64,000 bases of DNA from Candidatus Poribacteria bacterium (GCA_965218095.1 OZ244587.1:608001-672000); one strand, 5' to 3'. Counted from the stretch's first letter, positions 37,440-48,223 are shown. Program-made: numbers and translations. The notes: generated from the sequence alone by a model not told the origin.

Positions 37440-38181
37440 CTTTTTCTCCATGATTGTCAGGTATAACTGCCATCAATTGACCCAGCTTTGATTGAGGGGT
37501 TAAGCGACCTGCAAGCCGTAATGCTTCCCACATCGTCACTTGATTCGCTGTCAACACTGTTTTTCCCACTTCTGCTTCGAGTTCAAACAGAAAATCAACG
37601 GTATGCAGCGCCGTGTCGGGAATCAGCACCGCTTCAGCGTCGGGGTGGTCGTTAGCACACGCGAAGCGTAATACCACCTCGCGTCCTATGAGCCCCACTT
37701 CATCCCCCGTCCAGATGCCTAGGCAATCCATGTGCACCACTTCAACACCGCCTTCAGTCAGAAACGAACGAAAGGCATTTGACAAGTCTTCGGGATACGT
37801 CGCGGCAACAACGACGCGCTTCAAACCAAGCGCATGGATGGCGCTGAGAAATGCCAGCGACGTGCTCGATGCCGGTACGCCCAACACATCAGCGATATCT
37901 TGTGCCTGACGCTGTGCCCCTGCTACGCCAAATGCGAAACTGCCGCTGGTACATGCCCATAAGCAGACGGCGACGTTGTAAGCCCGCAGCGCCTCCGCAC
38001 CAGACAAAAGACATTTCCGACTGCCAGTGACACGGCTTTCCTGAATCCGATGTAGGTTGGGGCTGTCAGTATGGACAATCTGGACTTGAACCGGCGGTGC
38101 AAGCGCGGCAGCGAGTCGTTGATAGTCGTCCTCCGCCGAGTGAAGGGGGTAGAGGATGCCAATGTGCAGCGGGTATTTCAT
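37423..38181 (-). CDS. Maleate cis-trans isomerase / Asp-Glu racemase family protein
   Basis: WACTSGSF, VAATYP, PDTALHT, VLTANQVTMW. Confidence 0.82.
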   Translation of the reverse strand: MKYPLHIGILYPLHSAEDDYQRLAAALAPPVQVQIVHTDSPNLHRIQESRVTGSRKCLLSGAEALRAYNVAVCLWACTSGSFAFGVAGAQRQAQDIADVLGVPASSTSLAFLSAIHALGLKRVVVAATYPEDLSNAFRSFLTEGGVEVVHMDCLGIWTGDEVGLIGREVVLRFACANDHPDAEAVLIPDTALHTVDFLFELEAEVGKTVLTANQVTMWEALRLAGRLTPQSKLGQLMAVIPDNHGEKDGSIH

Positions 38182-38246
38182 ATCGTTTACTCTTTTAGGA
38201 GCTTTTAAAGCCTCAACATCCTATCCATCAGACGAGATCTGACAGA

Positions 38247-39377
38247 CTACGAGGTGAAGCGTGCCGCGGAGAGCGGGCCGGGATAGCGACCGTCTAGCGC
38301 CAGTTCCACCATGCGCTCGGCAGCCACGAGGCCGATTGAGTTGCCATAACCGCTGAATCCCACCGCAAAAACAACGCGCTTTTCGTCCGGAAGGGCGCCA
38401 ACGGCAACACGATGGTCCGGTGTGAATCCATGGATGCCAGCCCACTGCCGTTCAACATCGAACTCGACGCCCGGAAACCAGAGACGCAGATAGTTCACCA
38501 GATTCACATGCAGGTTCGGCGTTACGGCGTCTTCGGCGGTGTACTCCTGTGCCTCAAAGAACGCCCGTGCGCCTCCGATGAACAGGCGCCCATCCGGAAG
38601 CTGGCGGAAGTAATGGTTCTCGGTGATGCCCGCGACATGGATTAGACGTTCCACCGGCGTTGTCACTGCTACCTGCCCCCGTACAGGTCGAACAATACTA
38701 CGCAGATGTGGGTGCAGATCGCAGCCATAGCCGTTAGTGGCGATGTAGACTCGCTGACAGCGGATGTGCACTTGACGTCCGCACACAAGGAGCGACTCGC
38801 CCGCCGGCTCAATGGCATAAACCGTGTTATGGTCATAGAGCGTGGCGCCGGATGAAGCAGCGATGGCCTCGGTTAACCGCGCGGGATGCACCATGAAATC
38901 GTCTTCGACTTGCATCATCGCGGCGTAGCCGGCTGACCCGTAGGGATCACGATGCGAGAATTCAACTGTCGCGCCATCAGTTTCGAGTTCACGGGCCCAA
39001 TGCTCCAGTTCACGGGCTTCGGCGCGTGTCTCAGCAAGGTGGGCGGCCCCATCCTCAAGCGGGACGTCAAATTGATTCGCCAGCGAGCGCATCCGTACCA
39101 CGTTTTCGCACACCATGGTCAGGATTTCGCGGGCGGCTTCTCGCCCCAACTGCTTGATGAGGACCGGATACGTCTCACGTTGCGCGGTCAAAACGAACCC
39201 AGCGTTGCGGCCTGAAGCTCCAGCCGCCGGAAAACGCGCATCCACGAGCGCAACGTCGCGACCACGTTCCCGAAGGAGCATAGCCGTGTAAGAACCCACA
39301 ATTCCGGCGCCAATCACCACATCGTCATGTTCAGCCTGAATCGGATCCGGGACCTCCTGCCATACAGATACGGTCAT
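38247..39377 (-). CDS. FAD-dependent oxidoreductase (DAO/PuuB-like)
   Basis: IGAGIVG, GASGRNAG, ATNGY, YFRQLPDGRLFIGG, GFSGYG. Confidence 0.85.
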   Translation of the reverse strand: MTVSVWQEVPDPIQAEHDDVVIGAGIVGSYTAMLLRERGRDVALVDARFPAAGASGRNAGFVLTAQRETYPVLIKQLGREAAREILTMVCENVVRMRSLANQFDVPLEDGAAHLAETRAEARELEHWARELETDGATVEFSHRDPYGSAGYAAMMQVEDDFMVHPARLTEAIAASSGATLYDHNTVYAIEPAGESLLVCGRQVHIRCQRVYIATNGYGCDLHPHLRSIVRPVRGQVAVTTPVERLIHVAGITENHYFRQLPDGRLFIGGARAFFEAQEYTAEDAVTPNLHVNLVNYLRLWFPGVEFDVERQWAGIHGFTPDHRVAVGALPDEKRVVFAVGFSGYGNSIGLVAAERMVELALDGRYPGPLSAARFTS

Positions 39378-39561
39378 GATAATGTGTCAACCTCCTCAGT
39401 ACCAGAGCAGCGTGCTCTTTTTCCACTTCTCGTATGCTAACAGAATAGCCAAAATTGTAGCACGATTCTCCAAAGATCAAACCAAAATGTTCCAAAAAAC
39501 GAGAAAAACGGTGCATCGAAAATACAGGTCTATCTCTACGGAATTGAACTGTAAACTCCCG

Positions 39562-40308
39562 CTACGGGGTTTCCTTGCTCAGATAATCATACACAATCTC
39601 TGCGTACCCCTCGGAAAAGCTGCGCTCCATATAAAAGGCATCTCCATATTTCAGCGGTGTCAGTGGGATGAGATCGCACAGAGGGGATGCGCCAAGAACA
39701 ACCCTCCCTTGTCCTTTTGCGGTGAAATGCACTTCCAAGTCCTGGATTGTCTTGCTGCAATCAATTAACTGCTTGAGGGCGGGCCCGGGCCCATCCGCTC
39801 TTGGAATAATCTTTAATCGCCACGCCGGGGTTAAGGCGGGCATTGCATCGTGGGGCGCAATTGTCTCCATGCTGGAACTGATGTTCAGAACCGGTACACC
39901 GCCGAGAGAGGTTTCCGTCACCATGCACCGATCCGCTTGGCGTACTTTTAACTCGGCGTAAACTTTCGGTGTTCCATAAATTTCCCTGCCCGCGGCGATG
40001 CCGGTAGGTCCATTATGAAAAACGTGGGAACAGTAGAACCCCGTCTGATTCCTGAAACGGCACTGCATCAGGATGAAGGATTCTTGAAAGGGTCCATAGT
40101 TGGTGCAGAAAGAGGCATTCAGTCCTGAAGCCACACAAAGCCCGTCCTCAGTCGCTTCCAACGGCTCAGGGAGAAAATCCTGAACAGCAGCAGGATTGGC
40201 GTGAAAGAAAACAAATTGAAACTTCACATTCCGATAGCCTGCCGGCAGCGGTGGATAAAAGGGATTGTCTGCTGGTATATTCCAGCCTCCATCGTGTTTT
40301 AACCGCAT
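39562..40308 (-). CDS. Acetoacetate decarboxylase family protein
   Basis: LPEPLE, AAGREIYGTPK (Schiff-base Lys), LKIIPRADG. Confidence 0.82.
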   Translation of the reverse strand: MRLKHDGGWNIPADNPFYPPLPAGYRNVKFQFVFFHANPAAVQDFLPEPLEATEDGLCVASGLNASFCTNYGPFQESFILMQCRFRNQTGFYCSHVFHNGPTGIAAGREIYGTPKVYAELKVRQADRCMVTETSLGGVPVLNISSSMETIAPHDAMPALTPAWRLKIIPRADGPGPALKQLIDCSKTIQDLEVHFTAKGQGRVVLGASPLCDLIPLTPLKYGDAFYMERSFSEGYAEIVYDYLSKETP

Positions 40309-40321
40309 AACGTATATCCTC

Positions 40322-42094
40322 TTACGCATCACGCATCAAATTTGTAGCGTCCGGTTCCTGCTTCGTAACATCCTCCCCCCGCAGTTTTGCTGTCTCTGCC
40401 TCAGCCACTGTCCAAGTGTTGGGGTCGATCTCCACAAAGTAGATTTCCCTCGCTCGCTCCAGACTGACCTTGCCCTCGCGCACATCGCGCAGCACCAACT
40501 CCGGGTCGCGTTCTTCGGGTGGGCCATAGCCGCCACCACCGCAGGTACGATAGCTCACTACATCCCCTGGCTTGAGTTCGACCGTCACTTTCGAGCCAAG
40601 TCCGACAGCTTCGCCATCGGGGTTAAGCAGGTAGCTTGCCTTGAGGCCAGGCAGCCCGCCAAAGAGCCCCCATGGCCCCCAGCGGTCTCGATCCGCCAGA
40701 ATAGTGAAGGACGGCTCATGGTCAGAAAACAGGTAGTCCCGGCGCATCCCCAGCCCGCCTCTGTACTTGCCTGCGCCTTCTGAGTTCTCCACCAGTTCGT
40801 AGCGGGTGATGCGCACCGGGTAGTTGATTTCGGTCTCCTCAATTGGGGCATTCTCGGTGTTTTGTCCATGGGTCTGCACAGCATCGGGACCGTCGCTGGC
40901 GGCCCGTCCACCGAAACCGCCGGCCATGGTCTCCAAGAAACAGTAATATTCTCCCGTGCGCGGGTCGGCGCCACCGAAACCGGCGTGACACTGCATGGCT
41001 TTCGTGCCGGCCGGAACTCGGTCTGGCATGGCGGGGGACAGCGCCTTGAACATCACGTCGATCAGCCGAGTCTGGGTCTCCCAGCCTCCGACGACTGGGG
41101 CCGGGGCCGTGCTGTTGACCACTGTTCCCTCGGGAGCGAGCATGCGCACGAAACTGTAGAAGCCGGCGTTTATCGGCACATCGGGGTCAATTAAACACTT
41201 GAGGACGTAGGCACAGCCGGAAAAGGTCTGGGCATACGTGGAGTTCACCGGCGCCCGCCGCTGGGGGTCGCAGCCGGTCAAATCAAAGAGGATGCCATCG
41301 TCGTCAATGACAACCCTGGTCGTCAGGCGGACCGGCTCGTCCGTAAAGCCATCGTTATCCACATAGCCATCACCCGTAAAGATACCTTTGGGGAGATTTG
41401 CCACTTCTGCTCGCGTGCGACGCTCGGCGTAGGCGAGCAGTTCGTCACTGTAGAAGGTAAACGTCTCCGGTCCTAGCCGATCCATGAGCGCGTTCAACCG
41501 GCGCATACCGGTGTTATTCGCCGCTACCTGCGCTCGAAAGTCTCCTCCCGTCTCGCGCTTGGAGCGAATCTGGGCCAGCACCAGCCGAAAGATGTCAGGC
41601 ATCATTTCTCCTGCTCGCACCAGCTTGACTGGGGGAATGATGACGCCTTCCTGGTAGACCTCGCGGAAAGCACCGACGCTGGCAGGTGCCCCGCCGCCCA
41701 CGTCCACATGGTGAGCCACATTGGCGACGTACCCGAAGGGTTCATCATCGTAGTACACGGGGGAGATGAGGGTGATGTCATTGAGGTGGACACCCCCCAG
41801 ATAGGGGTCGTTGGCCAGGAGGGTATCGCCCGGTCCCAGGTTCTCGACCCCGTAATGCTTGACAGCCTTTGGCACCAGTTCGACCAGTGAACCTAAGTGA
41901 GTAGGCTGACCAAACGATTGCACCACGAGCCGTAGCCGGCGATCGAAAAAGGCACAGGAAAAGTCTGCCCGGGTCTTGATGTTGGTCGAGTACGCACTGC
42001 GTCGGAGGGCGATTGTCATCTCCTCCGCCGCCTCCATTAGTGCATTACGGATAACTTCAAACGTGATTGCATCCACTCGGGTTGGAGCTTGCAC
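40322..42094 (-). CDS. Hydantoinase B/oxoprolinase subunit (HyuB-like), paralog 2
   Basis: Same motifs as paralog 1; highly similar over the full length. Confidence 0.92.
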   Translation of the reverse strand: MQAPTRVDAITFEVIRNALMEAAEEMTIALRRSAYSTNIKTRADFSCAFFDRRLRLVVQSFGQPTHLGSLVELVPKAVKHYGVENLGPGDTLLANDPYLGGVHLNDITLISPVYYDDEPFGYVANVAHHVDVGGGAPASVGAFREVYQEGVIIPPVKLVRAGEMMPDIFRLVLAQIRSKRETGGDFRAQVAANNTGMRRLNALMDRLGPETFTFYSDELLAYAERRTRAEVANLPKGIFTGDGYVDNDGFTDEPVRLTTRVVIDDDGILFDLTGCDPQRRAPVNSTYAQTFSGCAYVLKCLIDPDVPINAGFYSFVRMLAPEGTVVNSTAPAPVVGGWETQTRLIDVMFKALSPAMPDRVPAGTKAMQCHAGFGGADPRTGEYYCFLETMAGGFGGRAASDGPDAVQTHGQNTENAPIEETEINYPVRITRYELVENSEGAGKYRGGLGMRRDYLFSDHEPSFTILADRDRWGPWGLFGGLPGLKASYLLNPDGEAVGLGSKVTVELKPGDVVSYRTCGGGGYGPPEERDPELVLRDVREGKVSLERAREIYFVEIDPNTWTVAEAETAKLRGEDVTKQEPDATNLMRDA

Positions 42095-42261
42095 CTGTGG
42101 TACCTCCTTATATCTATCTATACACCTCATCGGGATGGCGGAATCAAAGAGAGCCTTTGAAAGGTTAGATTAGGTTATTGTACTAAGAGCCTATTAAGCT
42201 TTGAACAATTTTACCCTCACCAAAATCAGTAATAGCAAGGGTTGTGGATTTTAATTAGAGT

Positions 42262-42465
42262 TCATAAAATCTCTCGACTCACACAAAATTCTCCCCAATT
42301 GTCGGAGGAATGCAGGGGTCTGATTTTGGGGATTTGATGGAGACACACTTCACAAGGGACATTCCGAACAATCAGATAATTTTCGTCGTGGCGATAGATA
42401 TATTCGATACGACGACTCTCAAAATCGTCTTTTCCGCAAACTTGACAGATAGTGTTCTGTTTCAT
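42262..42465 (-). pseudogene. Truncated YgiT/MqsA-type zinc-finger antitoxin
   Basis: CQVCG...IVRNVPCEVC, then homology is lost before the fourth Cys. Confidence 0.6.
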
Positions 42466-42504
42466 GGTTTTCCTCGTGTCCTGATTTCCCTTCACGTTTC
42501 ACGC

Positions 42505-43638
42505 CTACCAATTTGTAAACGCCCCATCCGGACGACACAACTGCGGCGCATCCACTTCACGATACGGATTCGCCAATGCCGCTGTCTCATCGAATTCAAT
42601 CCCCAAGCCCGGCTGCGTCGGCGGCAGGAGATAGCCGTCCTCCCATTCCAACTGCACGGGGAAAACGTCAGGGAGCGTCGTCCCCGGTTTGCGTGGAAGT
42701 TCCTGAACCCCGAAGTTTGTCGAGGAAAGGTCGAGGTGAAGACACGCCGCTGTCGAGACAGGACCCAACGGGTTATGCGGCGCCAGGTCAATGTAGTGGG
42801 CTTCGCACCAGCCAGTGATCTTTTTCGCCTCCGTAATGCCCCCGACGATGCAGAGGTCGATTCGGGCATATTGCATTAGTTCCTGTTCAATCAATTCACG
42901 GAACTCCCATTTCGTGGCGTACTGTTCACCCACCGCCAACGGCACAGCGATGTGGCGCGCCAGTTGATGATATGTGGACATATTTTCGGAGCGCAACGGG
43001 TCTTCGATGAAGTACGGACGGTACTGCTCCAACGCACGACACAGGGGAATCACATGGGGTGGGTCAAGCCGCGTATGGATGTCGATCAAGATCTCGATCT
43101 TCTCACCGACAGCGTTTCGGACAGCTTCGCACTGCTTAATCGTCTCGCGCACCGCCCAAGACGGATCGAGGACATCTCCCTGTTGGGGAACGCCCCATCG
43201 CACAAACTTCCATCCATTTTCGGCGAGCGTCTGTGCGTGTTCAGCGAGTTGCTCAGGGGAACTGCCGCCGGTGTGAGGGTAGCACACCGCTTTCTGGCGG
43301 ACCAGCCCGCCGAGCAGGTCGTAGACCGGGACGCCCAGGACCTTGCCGCGAATGTCCCAAAGCGCGATGTCGATGGCGCTGATCGCGGAGCAGGCAATTC
43401 GCCCAGCGGGGAAGAATCCGCCGCGAAACATCACTTGCCACAGGTGTTCGATGCGCCGTGGATCTTCGCCGATTAGGACGGATTTGAGATGGTTTACACA
43501 TTCGGCTGCCGCGAGTTCACGCCAGGTAATCCCGCCTTCGCCGATGCCGTAGATGCCCTCATCGGTTTCGACTTTGACAAAGAAAAAATTCCGGCCCCCT
43601 CCCCATACCGGGATGGGTTTTACATCTGTGATTTTCAT
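42505..43638 (-). CDS. Galactonate dehydratase-like (DgoD/RspA, enolase superfamily)
   Basis: SAIDIALWDIRGK, DIHTRL, FIEDP, AVGE, APHNPLGP, PGLGIEFDE. Confidence 0.88.
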   Translation of the reverse strand: MKITDVKPIPVWGGGRNFFFVKVETDEGIYGIGEGGITWRELAAAECVNHLKSVLIGEDPRRIEHLWQVMFRGGFFPAGRIACSAISAIDIALWDIRGKVLGVPVYDLLGGLVRQKAVCYPHTGGSSPEQLAEHAQTLAENGWKFVRWGVPQQGDVLDPSWAVRETIKQCEAVRNAVGEKIEILIDIHTRLDPPHVIPLCRALEQYRPYFIEDPLRSENMSTYHQLARHIAVPLAVGEQYATKWEFRELIEQELMQYARIDLCIVGGITEAKKITGWCEAHYIDLAPHNPLGPVSTAACLHLDLSSTNFGVQELPRKPGTTLPDVFPVQLEWEDGYLLPPTQPGLGIEFDETAALANPYREVDAPQLCRPDGAFTNW

Positions 43639-43734
43639 TGGTTACCTCTAATGCGTGAACGTGAGATGCCCCAGAGGAAGGAAGGACTTGCTTGCGTTTC
43701 TTCCATTCCTTCCTTTTTTTCCATCCTTCCCTCC

Positions 43735-43779
43735 GTCGGTTCACAGACCGTCGGTTCACAGACCGTCGGTTCGCAGATC
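43735..43779. repeat. 15-bp tandem repeat x3
   Basis: (gtcggttcacagacc)x2 followed by gtcggttcgcagatc. Confidence 0.8.
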
Positions 43780-43784
43780 TGCTT

Positions 43785-44828
43785 TTATCGGCTAATCCGG
43801 ACACTGACCGCCGCCATCGCCTTTTCAGCCTCTTCAGCGGTTGCCCAGTTGAAATCGCCGGGGAAGGTGTGCGCCAGTGCAGAGTAGCCGCCGGCAAAAT
43901 CAACAGCCTCCTGAAGGGACTTGCCGTTGAGCAGGGTGTAGATCAACCCCGCTGAGAAGCTATCGCCGCCGCCCACGCGATCGACAAGTTCCAGGTTTTC
44001 GTAAATGCGCGACAGATAAAATTCATCTCCATCGAAAAGGAGCGTGCGCCAATCATTCAGCCAGCCGGTTTTGGCGTCCCGCAAGGTCGTACCGATTATT
44101 TCGATGTTAGGGAACGCCTCGCTAACCCGCTGTGCCACTTCTTTATAACTTTCCGGATCAAGCTGACTGTAGCTTTCAGTCGTGCCTTCCGCTTTGAATC
44201 CGAGCGCTTTCTCGAAATCCTCCTCGTTGCCAATCAGTACACAGATGTGCTCCATCATCTCGCGATTAGCAGCCTGTGCCTGCTCTGCGCTCCACAGCTT
44301 GGATCGGAAGTTCAGATCGTAGCTTGTTTTCACGTCCGCGGCTCGGGCTGCTTGAAGCGCCTCTTTCGCAACCGCTGCTGCGGATTCCGACAACGCAGGG
44401 GTGATACCGCTCAAGTGAAACCATTGGGCATCGCTGAAAATCGCCTCCCAATCGACTTCGCCAAGTTGGACCCTCGAGATCGCTGAGTAGCCGCGATCAT
44501 AGGTCACGTTGCTGGCACGGGGACCCGCGCCGAGTTCAAGATGATAGAAACCGTTTCGTTCAAGTCCAATCCCGTCGAATGGTGTCCACACGATATGGGA
44601 CATATCAACGCCCAATTCGCGCCCTTTGTTGCGGATTAACTTCCCGGACCAATTATCGACCAATCGAGAAACCCACGCCGTGCGCAATCCTAACTGAGCG
44701 CCGTTGACGCCGACGTTCAATTCCGCCCCGCCGACGCTCATTGATAGTGATGATGCCTGATCAAGACGCATAAACTCAGGGGACGTAAGTCGTACCATCG
44801 CTTCACCAAATGTGACTAAATCGTACAT
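43785..44828 (-). CDS. kdgK: 2-dehydro-3-deoxygluconokinase-like PfkB sugar kinase
   Basis: TFGEAMVRL, GGAELNV, HLSGITPALS, DLNFRSKLW, DRVGGGDSFSAG. Confidence 0.8.
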   Translation of the reverse strand: MYDLVTFGEAMVRLTSPEFMRLDQASSLSMSVGGAELNVGVNGAQLGLRTAWVSRLVDNWSGKLIRNKGRELGVDMSHIVWTPFDGIGLERNGFYHLELGAGPRASNVTYDRGYSAISRVQLGEVDWEAIFSDAQWFHLSGITPALSESAAAVAKEALQAARAADVKTSYDLNFRSKLWSAEQAQAANREMMEHICVLIGNEEDFEKALGFKAEGTTESYSQLDPESYKEVAQRVSEAFPNIEIIGTTLRDAKTGWLNDWRTLLFDGDEFYLSRIYENLELVDRVGGGDSFSAGLIYTLLNGKSLQEAVDFAGGYSALAHTFPGDFNWATAEEAEKAMAAVSVRISR

Positions 44829-44983
44829 CTTGACCTCCTTGTGACTTGTAACACATGGTAAGTCAACTTTCGGAAGGTTCAATTCCTCATTCTCGCCACA
44901 ACCACGTTATGGGTGAATCTTCTTGATATGAGTTAAATCTGGCGACAAACCTTCCGAAGGTTCGGTTGACACTAATGATGCGC

Positions 44984-45265
44984 CTATTCGTTGATTCGTT
45001 CATTTTCCCTGTCTCCCTGTCCCACCTTCGTTTGATACTCACGATGCAGTTGTTCAATGCAGTTACCGCAGAAACAGTAAACCCTGCTGTAGCCGCCGAC
45101 CTCCTTTTCTATTAACTCATTCATCGGAAATTCTTCATGGCAGAGCGCACACTCCTCAAGGACCACGCTTGGACCCACTTCCTCTCCTTCTTTTCGCTTG
45201 GAAACAACCATCAAGATAATCCAGACAGCGAGAGGAATAAAAAAAATAGCGATATAAAATAGCAT
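44984..45265 (-). CDS. Small membrane-anchored protein with a CxxC...CxxC zinc-finger-like motif
   Basis: N-terminal TM; CALC and CGNC. Confidence 0.6.
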   Translation of the reverse strand: MLFYIAIFFIPLAVWIILMVVSKRKEGEEVGPSVVLEECALCHEEFPMNELIEKEVGGYSRVYCFCGNCIEQLHREYQTKVGQGDRENERINE

Positions 45266-45454
45266 CGTTGATCATCCCATCCGGTTCTTGAATAGCGACA
45301 GAAAATCCGGTTACAACTATAACCCAAAACAATAATCACGTCAAGATAAATTCTTCAGGGTGTATCAATCCGTTATTGCTTAATCTCTGCCCTTTTGGTA
45401 TAATAGCCTTCAGAAATATGGGACATTGCTCTTTACATTGGATGGAGGTTGCGT

Positions 45455-45901
45455 ATGAAATTTGGTTTTCTCTCAAAGATTTTTGAAGGTGCACTCAGTA
45501 TTGAAAAGACCTACAACGAGTGCGATAAAGCGATAAATAAATTGAGTGCATACAATGAGCGGATTGAGGAAATGCAGAAAAACAATGAGGATTTAAGCAG
45601 TTTTCCCGCTGATGAAAAAGCAGAACTTGATGCAATCGTCGATCGCGCCATTGAAGGAGCAACACGATTGGTCAACCTGGAGCCGGAGCGTAATTGGCCG
45701 GGCGTTTTCAGGGAAATGCACAAAAACTTAGCGAATATCTATTTTGAACTACATGAGTATAACAAAGTCCGCGAAGAGTGCAAGAAGTTAGACAATTATG
45801 GTGAGGCCGGTCGGCAAGACGCAGAGGAGGTCTTGCAGAAACTCGCGGATCAAGAAAGCGGCAAAGTCAATTCCCCTGAAGATGCAGCGGCGGGGATGTG
45901 A
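45455..45901 (+). CDS. Hypothetical protein with a TPR-like helix pair
   Basis: GGAGG RBS; MHKNLANIYFELHEYNK. Confidence 0.65.
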   Translation: MKFGFLSKIFEGALSIEKTYNECDKAINKLSAYNERIEEMQKNNEDLSSFPADEKAELDAIVDRAIEGATRLVNLEPERNWPGVFREMHKNLANIYFELHEYNKVREECKKLDNYGEAGRQDAEEVLQKLADQESGKVNSPEDAAAGM

Positions 45902-45903
45902 AC

Positions 45904-47775
45904 ATGCACTTCCTGAACCCTTCGGCTTTCTACCTCTTAGCGTTCGTTCCAATTGTGGCATTATTCCATTTCCTCAAGCTGCGTCGCCAACGCCAGGTTG
46001 TCCCAAGCGTGATGCTTTGGATCGAAGCTATTGAGGACATGAAAGCCAACGTTCCTTTCCAACGCTTGCGAAACTCACTTCTGCTCCCGTTACAGATTCT
46101 GTTTCTGCTCATTGTGATTGGCGGGATTGCACGTCCAGCATTGCGACAACCCGGCGCATTGAGCGATCGGTTGATTATCATCATTGATACCTCGGCAAGC
46201 ATGGGTGCAACCAAGCTCGGGAAAAGTCGCTTCGATGCCGCAAAGACGAGGGCATTGAAACTGATCAACCGGCTTGATGTGGAGGGACAGATGATGATCA
46301 TCGATACGTCGCTCCCACCGCGCAATATCCGTCAGACGTTTACATCAGATAAGGCACGGCTACGCCAGGCGGTCGAGAATCTGCCTGTGCAGCATATATC
46401 GCCAGACCTCAAAGCGGTCTTCAATGCTGTGGGTGTTTACGCGAGCACGCCAAACACGCAGGTCTTCTTTATCAGTGATAGTTTTGAAGATCTCCCGGAT
46501 TCCGAAAATCAAGTTTATCTTCAAAAAATTGGTTTGGGGGAGCGAAGCGATAACGTCGCGATTGTACAGTTCAGTGTCACTCGTGCTCTAAACCAGGAGA
46601 ATCAACACCAGGTTCTTGTTGGATTACAGAGCTTTGCAAGGGGCCCAAAAGAATTTCAGGTGCTGTTAGAAATTGAGGGGAAGTCGTTTTTTGACGACAA
46701 AGCCGTGGTTCTTCCAGCAGGAGAAACAGAGTCGCTCGTGTTTCCTCTTGACGACGATGAAAGACTTCACGAACAGATTGTCAGCGCCCGCCTTGATATT
46801 GACGATGATCTCCTCGTTGATAACATTGCCTCAGCGATTTTGCACCCGCCGCCGAAATGGAAGGTTTTACTGGTCAGCGATCGAGATCAACCGCTGCTGA
46901 CAGCGATACTCAAGACGAACCCTCATGTCAACCTAGATGGCATCCAAAAACAGGATTATCACAGCCTGGGAGACAACGATATCGTCATCTTTGATCAGTT
47001 TGTCCCGGGAACACTCCCCGAGGGGAATGCCATTTTCCTCAATCCCCTCGGGGGACTGCCTTTTATGCCGGTTCAAAGAAACATGGAACTGATTCGGGCA
47101 ATCGATCAGCACCCAACTCACGAGGTAATGCGCGATGTGTCGCTGATCGATATGGAAGTCAAAGCCTCGTTGAATTGCCAGGCGCCAATCTGGGGCATTC
47201 CACTTATTGAAACGACGCAGACACCGTTGATCTGGCTGGGAGAACAAGGCGAACGAAAGGTGGTTGTTTTCGCGTTTGATTCCTTTGATCTTGAAGTATC
47301 AAAATTCGCCCTGTCGATACCTTCAGCGCCTATTCTCATGTCTCAGTGCCTGGAGTGGCTTGGTTCGGCAACAGCGCCAATCCAACCCGACTTTGTCAAA
47401 ACAGGCGAGCCAGTGAAGATTCGCCTTGACCACCCCAACGAGGTTAAGCGAATAACTGTCCAATTGCCCGATGGGGCGCGGTTAGAACTACAGGAGCGGG
47501 CTTCCCCAATCGTCTTTACAGAGACGATGCAGATTGGCGTCTACACCGTATTCGTCGATGACGAACAACTTGGAAGATTTGCAGTCAACCTGCTCAATGC
47601 ATGGGAATCTAATCTCTCACCTCCCCAATTAGCGGACGACCCCAATACGGCTGCGGATACTGGACGGGTACGATCTGATTTGCCAGAAGTGAATCGAGAG
47701 ATATGGAAATATGCCGTCCTTTTTGCGTTGTTGCTACTTGTGGTGGAATGGTGGATCTATCATCGGAATGCGTGA
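45904..47775 (+). CDS. BatA-domain/vWA membrane protein
   Basis: MHFLNP BatA N-terminus, DTSASM MIDAS, FAVNL...ESNL, LLLVVEWW C-terminal TM. Confidence 0.85.
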   Translation: MHFLNPSAFYLLAFVPIVALFHFLKLRRQRQVVPSVMLWIEAIEDMKANVPFQRLRNSLLLPLQILFLLIVIGGIARPALRQPGALSDRLIIIIDTSASMGATKLGKSRFDAAKTRALKLINRLDVEGQMMIIDTSLPPRNIRQTFTSDKARLRQAVENLPVQHISPDLKAVFNAVGVYASTPNTQVFFISDSFEDLPDSENQVYLQKIGLGERSDNVAIVQFSVTRALNQENQHQVLVGLQSFARGPKEFQVLLEIEGKSFFDDKAVVLPAGETESLVFPLDDDERLHEQIVSARLDIDDDLLVDNIASAILHPPPKWKVLLVSDRDQPLLTAILKTNPHVNLDGIQKQDYHSLGDNDIVIFDQFVPGTLPEGNAIFLNPLGGLPFMPVQRNMELIRAIDQHPTHEVMRDVSLIDMEVKASLNCQAPIWGIPLIETTQTPLIWLGEQGERKVVVFAFDSFDLEVSKFALSIPSAPILMSQCLEWLGSATAPIQPDFVKTGEPVKIRLDHPNEVKRITVQLPDGARLELQERASPIVFTETMQIGVYTVFVDDEQLGRFAVNLLNAWESNLSPPQLADDPNTAADTGRVRSDLPEVNREIWKYAVLFALLLLVVEWWIYHRNA

Positions 47776-48223
47776 TAAGAAATTCACTGGTGATGATGGG
47801 AATTATGCAGATTAAGAATCGTGAGGTGCTGCTCCATAGGGCGGGTTTTTCAGTACTATGAGTTACGATTTGAACTTTTGGAGGCAAGAGCCAGGGTTTT
47901 CCGGCGATCCACAGAAGATATACGAATCGCTATGCAACGGAAACGCCGTCAACGGAAAATATCCGAGTTGACCGCTTCCTTGAGCGCATTAGGGAGACAT
48001 TTCTAGGTGCTGAAAATCATCCGGGAACTCTTGACTGGGAGGGGGATTCTGGCGCCTTTCAAGTCTCCTAGTCATTCCAGCAATGTTCGTGTCGATTGCT
48101 ATGGTATGGCAGGCGAAGAAATGAACAAATTCATCGACATTGCACCGGAATTTCATTGTCGCCTTTATGATCCACAGGTAGGTGTCTGCTATGACGGCGC
48201 CTAACAATTACGTTTTACGCCTT

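Noticed and set aside
47780-48200. Short ORFs between the BatA-like gene and coaE
   Set aside because: No motif, RBS or consistent frame found; left unannotated, possibly decayed DNA.
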